A stretch of DNA of 64,000 nucleotides from Microcoleus sp. bin48.metabat.b7b8b9.023 (GCF_013299185.1 NZ_JAAFKG010000040.1:2867-66866); one strand, 5' to 3'. Shown: positions 17,876 through 26,513, counted from the first letter of the stretch. Numbers and translations are program-made. Notes: generated by a model not told the origin, from the sequence alone.

Positions 17876-19447
17876 CTAAACAGCCAAAAAGCTGTGTAAC
17901 CAAGGCGTATCAACCAATGCCCGAAGGAAGATCCCACGAGCACCATTTAGATCCCGGTTCATCTGATTCCCATCAGAATCTTTAATCGTTCTGCTACCAC
18001 CAATCTTTTTGACCTCTCCAGTCCATGAAACAGTCTTTGAAGTGTAGGCTTCATTAATAGAAGTTAAAGCAACTTTGCCCTGCTCCCAAGCTTTCCACTC
18101 TAGATGCTTTTTGAACTGATAATGACTCAAAGTCAGCATTTGACGAACAGTTTTAGAGCGAATCTTGCGACGTGACTTGCTCACCATCTGAGAAGACTCA
18201 AATGATGGAAGTAAGATCGCGTCAAAATTATCAACTAAAAACTTAGCAATCTTCTGATGCAACTCTTTGACAAGATGTTGAATCCTAGACTTCAATCTGT
18301 CCGCTGCTTTCTTGAATTTTTTGCGTTGTCTGCTAGAGGCTTGACTCATTCTTGAACTCAACTTATCGACGCGGAAACACAACTTTTGAATCCAAAGATT
18401 AGAATCATTTCCCAGCCATCCATAGGAAGACTCAGAAAAGAAAGTCATGAACGTTCTAACACCGGGGTCTAAGGCAACCACGCGACCTTGGTTGTCGGTC
18501 TGACGTGGTTGCACTTCTTCAGATACAACAATGTAATACTCGCCATAGGCAAGGGTTAATTGTCCGTCGCTGAAGTCTTTGGGTAATGCCTCTTTCAGCT
18601 TTGACTGACCCAATTTTGTGTAATAAATTCCTTGCGTCCCAATGGCGGACTTCGGAATACAAATAGACTGTTTTGTATTTTTTCGACTGCGAAATTTGCA
18701 ACTACAAATCTTTCCAGTTTTCTTGAAATCTGCTTTGGCTTTTTTGACAGCCACACAAGCATCTTTAATGGCAATAGATTTTATTTGAAACGGTACTGGT
18801 TTTGCCCAATCAGGCAGCCCATTGAGTATTTGCGTTTTAATTGACATCCAATTGGCTTTGGTGCCTGGTTGCTGCAAGTATTTGATAGTTGTGTTGTAGA
18901 CATAACGACTAACTCCCAACCATTGCTTGAGTATTGCCTTTTGTTCAGGGCTTAGGAATAGTCGGATCTTCTTTGATTTTCTGGCTGTAGATTCTGAGGC
19001 CGTGCATTCGGCAACTAAAGACGTGAAGGATGGCAAGAAGATCGGCTGTAAGTTCGGATTCGCTCGCGTGAACAGGATTTGAGAGAACCACGATTTCTCC
19101 ACCGTTTTGTTTTGCCATGAACTCGAAAAGTTCAAATCCGAATCTGCACAATCTGTCTCGACAGGTAACAACAACCGTGAGCTTATCCCCGCGCATAAAT
19201 CTGACCAGTAAGGCTTGCAGTCCTTTTCTTTTGAAGTTAAGTCCAGAGCCAATGTCTTGGATGATTTCCGAGTCTGGGTATCGCTGTCGCATGAATTCGA
19301 CTTGTCTAGCAAGGTCATCTTTTTGCTTGGCACTACTGACTCGACAGTAGCAGATGACTGAACAGATTTTTCCATTGGATTGGTAAGACTCAACGTCGTA
19401 GAGGCGCTGCCCTGCTCCATTTTTGATTGATTTAATCTGTCCTTCAT
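17876..19447 (-). CDS. tnpB: IS607-associated TnpB (RuvC-like RNA-guided nuclease family), zinc-finger cysteines absent
   Basis: Typical N-terminus KIRLFLSPEQKAILKQWLGVSRYVYN. RuvC motifs VVALDPGVRTF (D), LLPSFESSQM (E) and NRDLNGARGIF (D). The real start is probably well inside the ORF (in-frame TTG at 19036 is one candidate). Confidence 0.85.
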   Translation of the reverse strand: MKDRLNQSKMEQGSASTTLSLTNPMEKSVQSSATVESVVPSKKMTLLDKSNSCDSDTQTRKSSKTLALDLTSKEKDCKPYWSDLCAGISSRLLLPVETDCADSDLNFSSSWQNKTVEKSWFSQILFTRANPNLQPIFLPSFTSLVAECTASESTARKSKKIRLFLSPEQKAILKQWLGVSRYVYNTTIKYLQQPGTKANWMSIKTQILNGLPDWAKPVPFQIKSIAIKDACVAVKKAKADFKKTGKICSCKFRSRKNTKQSICIPKSAIGTQGIYYTKLGQSKLKEALPKDFSDGQLTLAYGEYYIVVSEEVQPRQTDNQGRVVALDPGVRTFMTFFSESSYGWLGNDSNLWIQKLCFRVDKLSSRMSQASSRQRKKFKKAADRLKSRIQHLVKELHQKIAKFLVDNFDAILLPSFESSQMVSKSRRKIRSKTVRQMLTLSHYQFKKHLEWKAWEQGKVALTSINEAYTSKTVSWTGEVKKIGGSRTIKDSDGNQMNRDLNGARGIFLRALVDTPWLHSFLAV

Positions 19448-19520
19448 CTGCGTACTTCCTCAAGGTGTTTGGATGCAAGCCTAGGAATTCGACTGCTTTT
19501 CTAAGTGGTATGTATGCCAT
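18945..19520 (-). CDS. tnpA: IS607-family transposase TnpA (MerR-like HTH + serine recombinase)
   Basis: N-terminal HTH (LRKAVEFLGLHPNTLRKYADEGQI) followed by the resolvase catalytic block CYCRVSSAKQKDDLARQVEFM. 191 aa. Confidence 0.9.
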   Translation of the reverse strand: MAYIPLRKAVEFLGLHPNTLRKYADEGQIKSIKNGAGQRLYDVESYQSNGKICSVICYCRVSSAKQKDDLARQVEFMRQRYPDSEIIQDIGSGLNFKRKGLQALLVRFMRGDKLTVVVTCRDRLCRFGFELFEFMAKQNGGEIVVLSNPVHASESELTADLLAILHVFSCRMHGLRIYSQKIKEDPTIPKP

Positions 19521-19614
19521 TCACCAAAGATACTGCATCTGGCAGCATATGTGAATGATTGTTAGAAAATCAACTACTGTATGTCAACCTTTTGCTTTTG
19601 CCTTCGGTTGACTT

Positions 19615-20223
19615 CTATTGCCATGATAGGTTAGGCGGTACTTCCGCATCAAATGCCCGCTTCTGTTGACTGCAAGTCCTCTCAAATTCTGCGACTGCTT
19701 TCCTGGTTTCCGGACACACACAGGCTATACCCGAAGACGGATAGTCGCGCGCGAACTGCCAGTGCCTCACCCATAACCCGGAGTTGGCGTCGGTGGCTGG
19801 GTGCCAGTCTCTCCTCAGGTAATGGGGTAAATTTTTGTTTCCATCTTTCACAGACTTGTGAAAAACCTCAAACAATCTGCGATTTGGGATTCTCGGATTC
19901 AGGCTTGTCCCCATGCAGTCGATTTGAGCAACCTTTCATGATAGCTTTCGATCTGTGTTCATGGCTAGAGATTAATGGTACAATAATCTCGGGGTAGCAT
20001 AAAAAATTGCTCGAAACTGCGTCGGTTTCGGTTGCCAAGAGTGCCAACCTTTAGACTGGGAATTGGTGTGGATTTTCTTGGTAGTGCTGACATTTGACTG
20101 GTTCCAGAGAGTTGCAATCGGATGTGGTCGCTGTCTGTCCCGTTGGCGGACTTGTGCTTCCGCTAGCCGATCGACTGTCGGGCCTGCTGACAACAAATCT
20201 CTCAGCAGTGTTAAGCTTGTCAT
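19615..20223 (-). pseudogene. Disrupted ORF of unknown function (two in-frame stops)
   Basis: The 83-aa (19972-20223) and 99-aa (19615-19914) ORFs are in the same frame. They are separated only by TAA (19969-19971) and TGA (19936-19938). No recognisable family. Confidence 0.45.
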
Positions 20224-20384
20224 CGCGAAGTCATTGTCTTCGCTAACTCGATCGCTCAGTCCCTTGCTGCGCTGCTAAAATTTTGTTAATAAAATTTACT
20301 CGGCGGTATGTATCTAAACAATTATGGTATAGTCTTTAGTTTCTAGCTCCCAATCAGAGCTTGAGGCTATAAAAAATATGCTGA

Positions 20385-21834
20385 GAACCCCGTCCTTTCA
20401 AGACGGACATGAAAGCTAACAGGAGGCTAAGGCAATGCCAGTGACAAGAGTGAGATTTCGTTATTGTCATAGTATCTACAAAATGATATAATATTTTGTA
20501 GAGCTAGTCAAGAATCATGCTAAATCTCAGTTACGAGTACAAACTAAAGCCGACACAGAAGCAAATTTCTCAAATCGAAATAACTCTGGTAATTTGTCGT
20601 AAGGTTTGGAACTACGCATTGAGAGAACGTAAAGACTGGATTAACTCTCGTAAATGTCCGATTAATGCTTGCTCGATCGCTCGCGAGTACATTATTCCGG
20701 CTGATGCTCCCTACCCAAATTATTACAATCAGGCAGCGGAGCTAACCAAAGCTAAAGAGTTGTTTCCCGAACTTAAAACGGTTAACGCAAAAAGATGCTT
20801 CAACAGGTGTTAAGAAAGCTGGAAACAGCCTTCCTAGACATGAAACGTAAGGGAATGGGATTCCCAAGATTTAAGAATAAATACCGAATGCGGTCGTTTG
20901 TATTTCCCCAAATGCTCAAAAATTGCCTCCAAGGAAATACTATTAAACTCCCACAGTTAGGCATTGTTGAATTCATTAAATCAAGAGAGATTCCTAATGG
21001 GTTTGCGATCGAGCAAGCTCAAATTGTCCGGAAGGCTAGTGGATATTTCGTCATACTTTTCTTAGAATGTGATGTTAATGTTCCTCAACCCGTTGCACAG
21101 GGATTCCCCGTTGGCATAGATCTAGGTTTAGACCAATTTTTAGCAACTTCTGAAGGCAAATTAGTTAAACGTCCTAAGTTTCTCAAGATCGAACACCGCA
21201 AGCTTAAATTGCTGCAACGTCGGCTCAAGAACAAGAAGAAAGGCTCTAACAACCGTCATAAGTTGAATAGAAAAATTGCTAGGCTGCATCAGCGTGTTAC
21301 TGATACCAGAAAAGATTGGCAGTTTAAATTAGCTCATGACCTAGCTCTAGATGCGGGAATGATATTTGTTGAAGATATCGATTTTCGAGTCTGGGCAAAA
21401 GGTAGGTTTGGCAAACACACCTTAGATGCTGGTTTCGGTCAATTCATCGCGATTCTGTCGTGGGTGTGCTGGAAACGGGGAGTACATTTTGAGAAGGTAA
21501 ACAAGGATTACACTTCTCAGGTTTGTCCGAATTGCGATCGTCACACTGGCAAGAAAGCACTTAACGAACGAGTGCATAATTGCCCTGAGTGTGGGTATAC
21601 AACACATCGAGATGTAGCAGCCGCTCAAGTTATTCGGTTTTCAAGGATTGTCGGCGGAGGGACGCTTCGTAGACATTAAAGAAATTGCCTGTGGAGGCGG
21701 TCTGACGGGGACCGGAAACGGTCTAGTTAAGAGCCTAAGAGACAGGAAGAAGAAAGCGTGAAGGTGTGGATGCGATCGCACCGGAATGCAACCTTTGAGA
21801 ATTCCCGCGCATTTATGCCGGGGATCGCGTCAAT
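20385..21834 (+). mobile_element. IS200/IS605-family, IS1341-type tnpB-only element, degenerate; borders approximate
   Basis: Contains the frameshifted tnpB. The right end carries the hairpin tcccgcgcatttatgccggga (21803-21824) followed by tcgcgtcaat, homologous to the right end of the 35451-36790 element. Confidence 0.65.
20517..21679 (+). pseudogene. tnpB: tnpB (IS1341-type) with frameshift near 20795-20813 and probable 3' truncation
   Basis: ORFs 20517-20813 and 20795-21679 align colinearly with the intact TnpB at 35467-36681 (MLNLSYEYKLKP.. / MFNLTFEYKLKP..; ..VNAK|MLQQVLRKLE versus INAQVLQQILRRLE). The frame changes in the run gcaaaaagatg. RuvC D/E/D and the CxxC..CxxC finger are retained. 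Confidence 0.8.
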
Positions 21835-22000
21835 AATTCCCATATTCGACCTTTGACCGCAAAACTTTAGAGGAAAAATTGCCGATTTTTAGATCCTTGT
21901 TCCTCAAATGCTTGAATCTCAAATCGCTCGAATGACTCGGCTGCAAGCTATTTCTAACTGCCCAGCGCAGCTCAAGCGCATAAATTAAGATGATGGCCTC

Positions 22001-22711
22001 ATGGAAGACCGCTTTAACGCCCGAGATCCGCAGTCAAATATAAATCAATTGATAGTTTCTACTCCTTTTTTTGCAGGTTTGCCTGACCCTGTAATCGAGA
22101 GAGCAACTGTCCACATCGTTACCCGCAGTCATCCGTCGAATCAAGTGATTTTACTAGAAAATGACTGGGGAACATCAGTGTATTTTATATTGGATGGTTG
22201 GGTGAAAATTCGCACCTACAATCTAGACGGAAAAGAAGTAACGCTGAATATTTTAGGGAAAGGAGAACTGTTCGGGGAAATGGCAGCGATCGAAGAAGCA
22301 CCGCGATCGACAGATGTCATCACCCTAGCCCCGACACTGATCGGCAATATGCCAGCTCAAGATTTTGTGCAACTCATTCATACCGAGCCCCTCGCAGGCA
22401 TTCGGCTAGCTCAACTGATGGCCCGCCGCCTGCGACAAGTCAACCGCCGCCTGCGTTTGCGAGAGTCTGACAGTACCTCGCGAGTAGCAGATATTCTATT
22501 ATTTTTGGCAGAGGGGCAAGGGAAAAAAATGTCCAGTGGAGGTACAGAAATTCCCAACCTGCCGCACAGAGAATTAAGTAGCCTCAGCGGGCTGGCTCGG
22601 GAAACGGTAACGCGAGTGCTGAGCAAGCTGGAAAAAAAAGGAACTATTCAGCGCGAACGTGACGTTTTGTGCATTCCCGACCTACACGCCTTGGAACGTC
22701 TGTTAGTCTAG
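22001..22711 (+). CDS. Crp/Fnr-family transcriptional regulator
   Basis: cNMP-binding beta-barrel (YFILDGWVKIRT...GELFGEMAA) plus C-terminal HTH (LSGLARETVTRVLSKLEKKGTI). Confidence 0.9.
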   Translation: MEDRFNARDPQSNINQLIVSTPFFAGLPDPVIERATVHIVTRSHPSNQVILLENDWGTSVYFILDGWVKIRTYNLDGKEVTLNILGKGELFGEMAAIEEAPRSTDVITLAPTLIGNMPAQDFVQLIHTEPLAGIRLAQLMARRLRQVNRRLRLRESDSTSRVADILLFLAEGQGKKMSSGGTEIPNLPHRELSSLSGLARETVTRVLSKLEKKGTIQRERDVLCIPDLHALERLLV

Positions 22712-22800
22712 AAGTATCAGAGATTGTTAATTTGAATCTCATTCAACAGCACTCTCTGTTAACTAACGGATATTGATGATTTCCCGCCAGAGGTAAAGCT

Positions 22801-23298
22801 GTGAGTTTTAAGAAAATTTTCGCCGCCGTCGATGATTCTGAACTTGGCCGTCGCGTCTTCAGTCAAGCCTTAGAATTAGCCTCGATCGATCGAGCTAAGA
22901 TGATGCTATTTCACTGCGTTACTGTCAACTCGCTGGGCGAGACGGCAGTGCCAATTCCGGTAGATTTGGGCTTGAATGCCGAGTTAATGGATCAAGCTTA
23001 TCAAGCTCAACGTTTGCGGCTGGAAAGGGAGGTAAAACAGTCTGAGGGTTTGCTGAAAAATTATAGCGAGGTCGCAGCCAAACAAGGATTGGAGGTGGAA
23101 TTTGACTGCCAAATGGATGGCGATCCGGGGCATTGTGTCTGCGAACACGCCCAAACTTGGGGTGCAGATTTAATAGTAGTGGGGAGGCGCGGCCGCACGG
23201 GGCTTACAGAAGCTTTCCTCGGGAGTGTGAGCAATTATGTCGTTCACCACGCATCTTGTTCGGTATTTGTAATTCAGGAAGTCAAAGCTGAAAAATGA
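22801..23298 (+). CDS. universal stress protein (UspA family)
   Basis: KIFAAVDDSELG start block and C-terminal ATP-binding block ADLIVVGRRGRTGLTEAFLGSVSNYVVHHASCSVFVI. GTG start. Confidence 0.88.
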   Translation: MSFKKIFAAVDDSELGRRVFSQALELASIDRAKMMLFHCVTVNSLGETAVPIPVDLGLNAELMDQAYQAQRLRLEREVKQSEGLLKNYSEVAAKQGLEVEFDCQMDGDPGHCVCEHAQTWGADLIVVGRRGRTGLTEAFLGSVSNYVVHHASCSVFVIQEVKAEK

Positions 23299-23463
23299 TG
23301 CTGCTGAAAATTTTCCTGAGAAAATCAATCTAAAATAAGACTGGCGTTCCTACCTAAACCTGGTTTGTGCGAAAAATATTAAATTGGGTGGCGAGGCCTC
23401 CAAATAGTGAAACCGGAAATTAATCTTATGGCCCGCCAGTGTCGTAAAATATCAAACTTTATT

Positions 23464-23695
23464 CAGTTGACAATTGACAGTTGACCGCTTGAGGGCGACC
23501 TCTACCTAGAAGGAAGAAGATTGGATTCAACAGTTGACAGTTGACAGTTGACAGTTGACAGTTGACAGTTGACAGTTGACAGTTGACAGTAAAAAAGCGA
23601 CCTCTATCTTTAAGTCTGAGGATTCGAGTAATTAATCGTCTGATTTTAATTTCTCCCTCGAAGAGTTGCGGCTTTAAACCTATTCTTTCTGGTAA
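23464..23695 (+). repeat. Heptamer-linked module, copy B (partial 5' module 23489-23530, (CAGTTGA)8 at 23531-23590, full module 23597-23695)
   Basis: cagttgacagttga... then gcgacctctatctttaagtctgaggattcgagtaattaatcgtctgattttaatttctccctcgaagagttgcggctttaaacctattctttctggtaaa. Confidence 0.9.
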
Positions 23696-23918
23696 AATCT
23701 TAAATCGGAAAATCGGGAATTCAGATTTGTAGCACGCAAGTCCTGTAAAATCTACAATCTAAAATCGGAAAATTTCAAATCAGGAATCAGACTTGTAGCA
23801 CGTAAGTCCTGTAAAATCTAAAATCGGAAAATTTCAAATCAGGAATCAGACGTGTAGCACGTAAGTCCTGTAAAATCTAAAATCTAAAATCTAAAATCTA
23901 AAATCTAAAATCTAAAAT
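23696..23918 (+). repeat. 59-66-bp tandem repeat x3 followed by (AAAATCT)6
   Basis: Unit tgtagcacgtaagtcctgtaaaatctaaaatcggaaaatttcaaatcaggaatcagac starts at 23728, 23794 and 23853. The heptamer run ends 3 nt before the ATG at 23922. Confidence 0.9.
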
Positions 23919-23921
23919 CGG

Positions 23922-24677
23922 ATGAGTGATTTTTTGTCAGCAGATGCCGCGTCTAATTCAGGCAGTTCACCCAGTACCAATAATGAGCCACAAACCGCCA
24001 CTTTTTCAGCAATGGCTGGCGATCGCAAAAATTCCGAGCCGGGAACGCCCCCCTCTGGAGAAGCGCCTTTGAGGCTCGTAGAAACGGCATTTTTGGCAAG
24101 TACCGCTAGCTTGATTTGGCTGATAAATTATTACTTTCCGCTGGGCCCGTTGCTGCGGGTTTTTTTCCCGGTGCCCATAGCCCTGGTTTACCTGCGCTGG
24201 GGGAGTAGAGCCGCTTGGATGTCAGCTTTGGTTTCCGGTTTGCTGCTGTCGGTACTCATGGGCCCAACGCGGAGCATTTTATACGTGATTCCTTTTGGAA
24301 TTATGGGAGTTGCACTGGGAGGACTTTGGCGGCGCAAAGCGAGTTGGTCTGTCTCTATTAGTGTGGGGGCGGTAATTGGTGCTGTTGGGTTCTTTTTTAA
24401 GTTTTGGCTGCTGTCAGCTTTGGTGGGTCAAGATCTCTGGGTTTATGTAACCGCCCAGGTAACAGAGATTGTGGAATGGGTATTTGTGAAGCTGGGCTGG
24501 CTGAGCGTGCCGAGTTTGAGTACAATTGGGGCGATCGCCGCTGGGATGATTTTGATTAACAATATTGTCTATTTATTTGTAGTGCATTTAGTAGCTTTGT
24601 TGCTGTTAGATCGTTTGGGAAATCCGATTCCGCGGCCGCCGCGCTGGGTGCAAGTTTTAATCGATTATGAGGAGTAG
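23922..24677 (+). CDS. conserved polytopic membrane protein (DUF2232-like)
   Basis: About 6 TM segments after a polar N-terminus. LRLVETAFLASTASLIWLINYYFPLGPLLRVFFPVPIAL resembles the DUF2232/YybS-type family. Assigned by recollection only. Confidence 0.55.
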   Translation: MSDFLSADAASNSGSSPSTNNEPQTATFSAMAGDRKNSEPGTPPSGEAPLRLVETAFLASTASLIWLINYYFPLGPLLRVFFPVPIALVYLRWGSRAAWMSALVSGLLLSVLMGPTRSILYVIPFGIMGVALGGLWRRKASWSVSISVGAVIGAVGFFFKFWLLSALVGQDLWVYVTAQVTEIVEWVFVKLGWLSVPSLSTIGAIAAGMILINNIVYLFVVHLVALLLLDRLGNPIPRPPRWVQVLIDYEE

Positions 24678-24681
24678 TTAT

Positions 24682-24956
24682 AGGGCATGGGGCATGGGGC
24701 ATGGGGCATGGGGCATGGGCGAAGCGGAGGGATGGGGCATGGGAAGCAACAAATAACAACAAATATAAGAAAAATCAAAAATAAGCTGTTGTGCATTTAA
24801 GTTGAATGTCAACAAACAATTCGCCGTCTCGTAGGGTGGGCGTCTCGCCCTGAATATGCAATTTAAATGCGTGACAAATAACAAATAACAAATAACAAAT
24901 AACAAATAACAAATAACAAATAACTAATAACTAATAACTAATAACTAATAACTAAT
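24682..24956. repeat. Three different heptamer arrays: (GGGGCAT)n, (ACAAATA)n, (ACTAATA)n
   Basis: gggcatggggcatggggcatggggcatggg at 24682-24743; (acaaata)x7 then (actaata)x5 at 24874-24956. Confidence 0.95.
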
Positions 24957-24959
24957 TTT

Positions 24960-26066
24960 ATGATTCATGTTTATACAGAAATTGAACGGGGCAAACGGTG
25001 GCTCGATCGCCATCGGGGACAAAAACCGATATTTGCCTGCGTGTTAGGATTCACCGCAACTGGCTTAATTCCGGGGATTTCGGCAGCAGGAGCAACCCCG
25101 CGCGATCGACAATTTACTTGTTTGGCCGATGCAGAATTTTTGTATAACGGCCCCCAACCCTCGCCGCAGTATCCCTTGCCGCCCCTAGAAGCGGGTGCCT
25201 CACCGGTACTAATATCTCGCGCCGCAGTTGAAGCTTTGGAAATACCCCTTTACCTGTTTAATGCAGGTTTACCCCTCCCACCTCCCGTACCTGCAATTGA
25301 TTTGGGCGGTACTGCGGCAAAGTGTCTTACTTCTGGGAATGCTTTGGAACTAGAAACAGTCAAACATTTGCTGGAAGAAGGATTAATTTGGGGTGCTAAA
25401 TTGGCCGCCGAAACTAATGGCAGTTATTTAATTTTAGGGGAGTGCGTAGTTGGCGGGACGACTACTGCTTTGGGCGTGTTAATGGGTTTGGGTTTTGCAG
25501 CAGCGGGCAAGGTTAATAGTTCTCACCCTACCTGCAATCACGCTCAAAAATTAGCTGCGGTGACAGCGGGACTCAATAATGCTGGGTGGGAAATCGGCAG
25601 AAAAAATAACACTCCCCTGGATTTGGTAGCGGCGGTGGGCGATCCGATGCAGATAGCGACGGCTGCAATGGCGATCGCCGCGAGTCGGACTTGCGGGGTA
25701 CTCTTGGCTGGTGGCACGCAAATGCTGGCAGTGTATGCTTTGATGCAAGCCTTAGCCACGGAATATGAGTTGTTATGGCGTCCCGAACAAGTCGCGGTGG
25801 GGACTACGCGCTGGGTAGCCGAAGACCCCACAGGGGACACTGTAGGACTCGCCTCGGATATCGGCGGTGTCCCTCTGTTGGCTGCACAGCTAAGTTTTGC
25901 GAGTTCTCGCTACCCGCAATTGCAAGCTTACGATCGCGGGTATGTGAAGGAAGGTGTGGGTGCGGGCGCGTGTGCGATCGCCAGCGGTTTAGCTGTAAAT
26001 TGGACTCCAACCCAACTCCTGCAAGCTGTGGAGGCCCTAGCCTCCCGCTGTGAAATTACATATTAA
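24960..26066 (+). CDS. archaeal-type CobT-like nicotinate-nucleotide--dimethylbenzimidazole phosphoribosyltransferase family protein (TIGR00303-like)
   Basis: Size of 368 aa, FACVLGFTATGLIPGISAAGATP and LILGECVVGGTTTALGVL blocks typical of the cyanobacterial/archaeal CobT-like family. Confidence 0.75.
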   Translation: MIHVYTEIERGKRWLDRHRGQKPIFACVLGFTATGLIPGISAAGATPRDRQFTCLADAEFLYNGPQPSPQYPLPPLEAGASPVLISRAAVEALEIPLYLFNAGLPLPPPVPAIDLGGTAAKCLTSGNALELETVKHLLEEGLIWGAKLAAETNGSYLILGECVVGGTTTALGVLMGLGFAAAGKVNSSHPTCNHAQKLAAVTAGLNNAGWEIGRKNNTPLDLVAAVGDPMQIATAAMAIAASRTCGVLLAGGTQMLAVYALMQALATEYELLWRPEQVAVGTTRWVAEDPTGDTVGLASDIGGVPLLAAQLSFASSRYPQLQAYDRGYVKEGVGAGACAIASGLAVNWTPTQLLQAVEALASRCEITY

Positions 26067-26513
26067 AACCGGGTTTTTCGTTTTCCGTGCGTGTCGGAAT
26101 CTCAGGCATTAAATATGAAAAATTCAGATGTGCGATCGAGCTGCAAACCTCGTTGTGCTGCTCAACTATAGCAATCCTCGCATCATTTGGATAATTCTTG
26201 TAGGGAATCTTTAAGAGCCCGGTTGCCCCGATAGATAAGGGGTAGGCACGGGGGCACTACCCCTACAACTCTTCATGAATCATTTAGGATTGCTATACAT
26301 TAGTTTGGGCTGAATAATTATATCATTTTCTGTAGCATTTTTGCTTTGAAATTTACAGAATATTCTACACAATATCTCGCTTTGATGCAGTATTCATACT
26401 GTGAATTGTGCGAGACAAAAACACTCTATTCAATGACTCTATAAGTAGACGAGGATAAATCAACCCAAGTTGTATTTTCTCTCTCGATCGATGCCGATCG
26501 CCAGCAGCAATAT

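Larger units (their letters stand above)
17700..19615 (-). mobile_element. IS607-family insertion sequence (tnpA serine recombinase + tnpB); borders approximate
   Basis: The gene pair below. Sub-terminal GTCAA/TTGAC-containing palindromes lie at both ends (gtcaaccgaaggcaaaagcaaaaggttgac at ~19580-19609; gtcaataattgac at ~17796-17808). Confidence 0.7.

Noticed and set aside
24556-24905. Minus-strand ORFs of 68 and 75 aa across the DUF2232-like to CobT-like spacer.
   Set aside because: They are translations of heptamer arrays (PMPHAPCPMPHA...), an artefact of repeats lacking stop codons.
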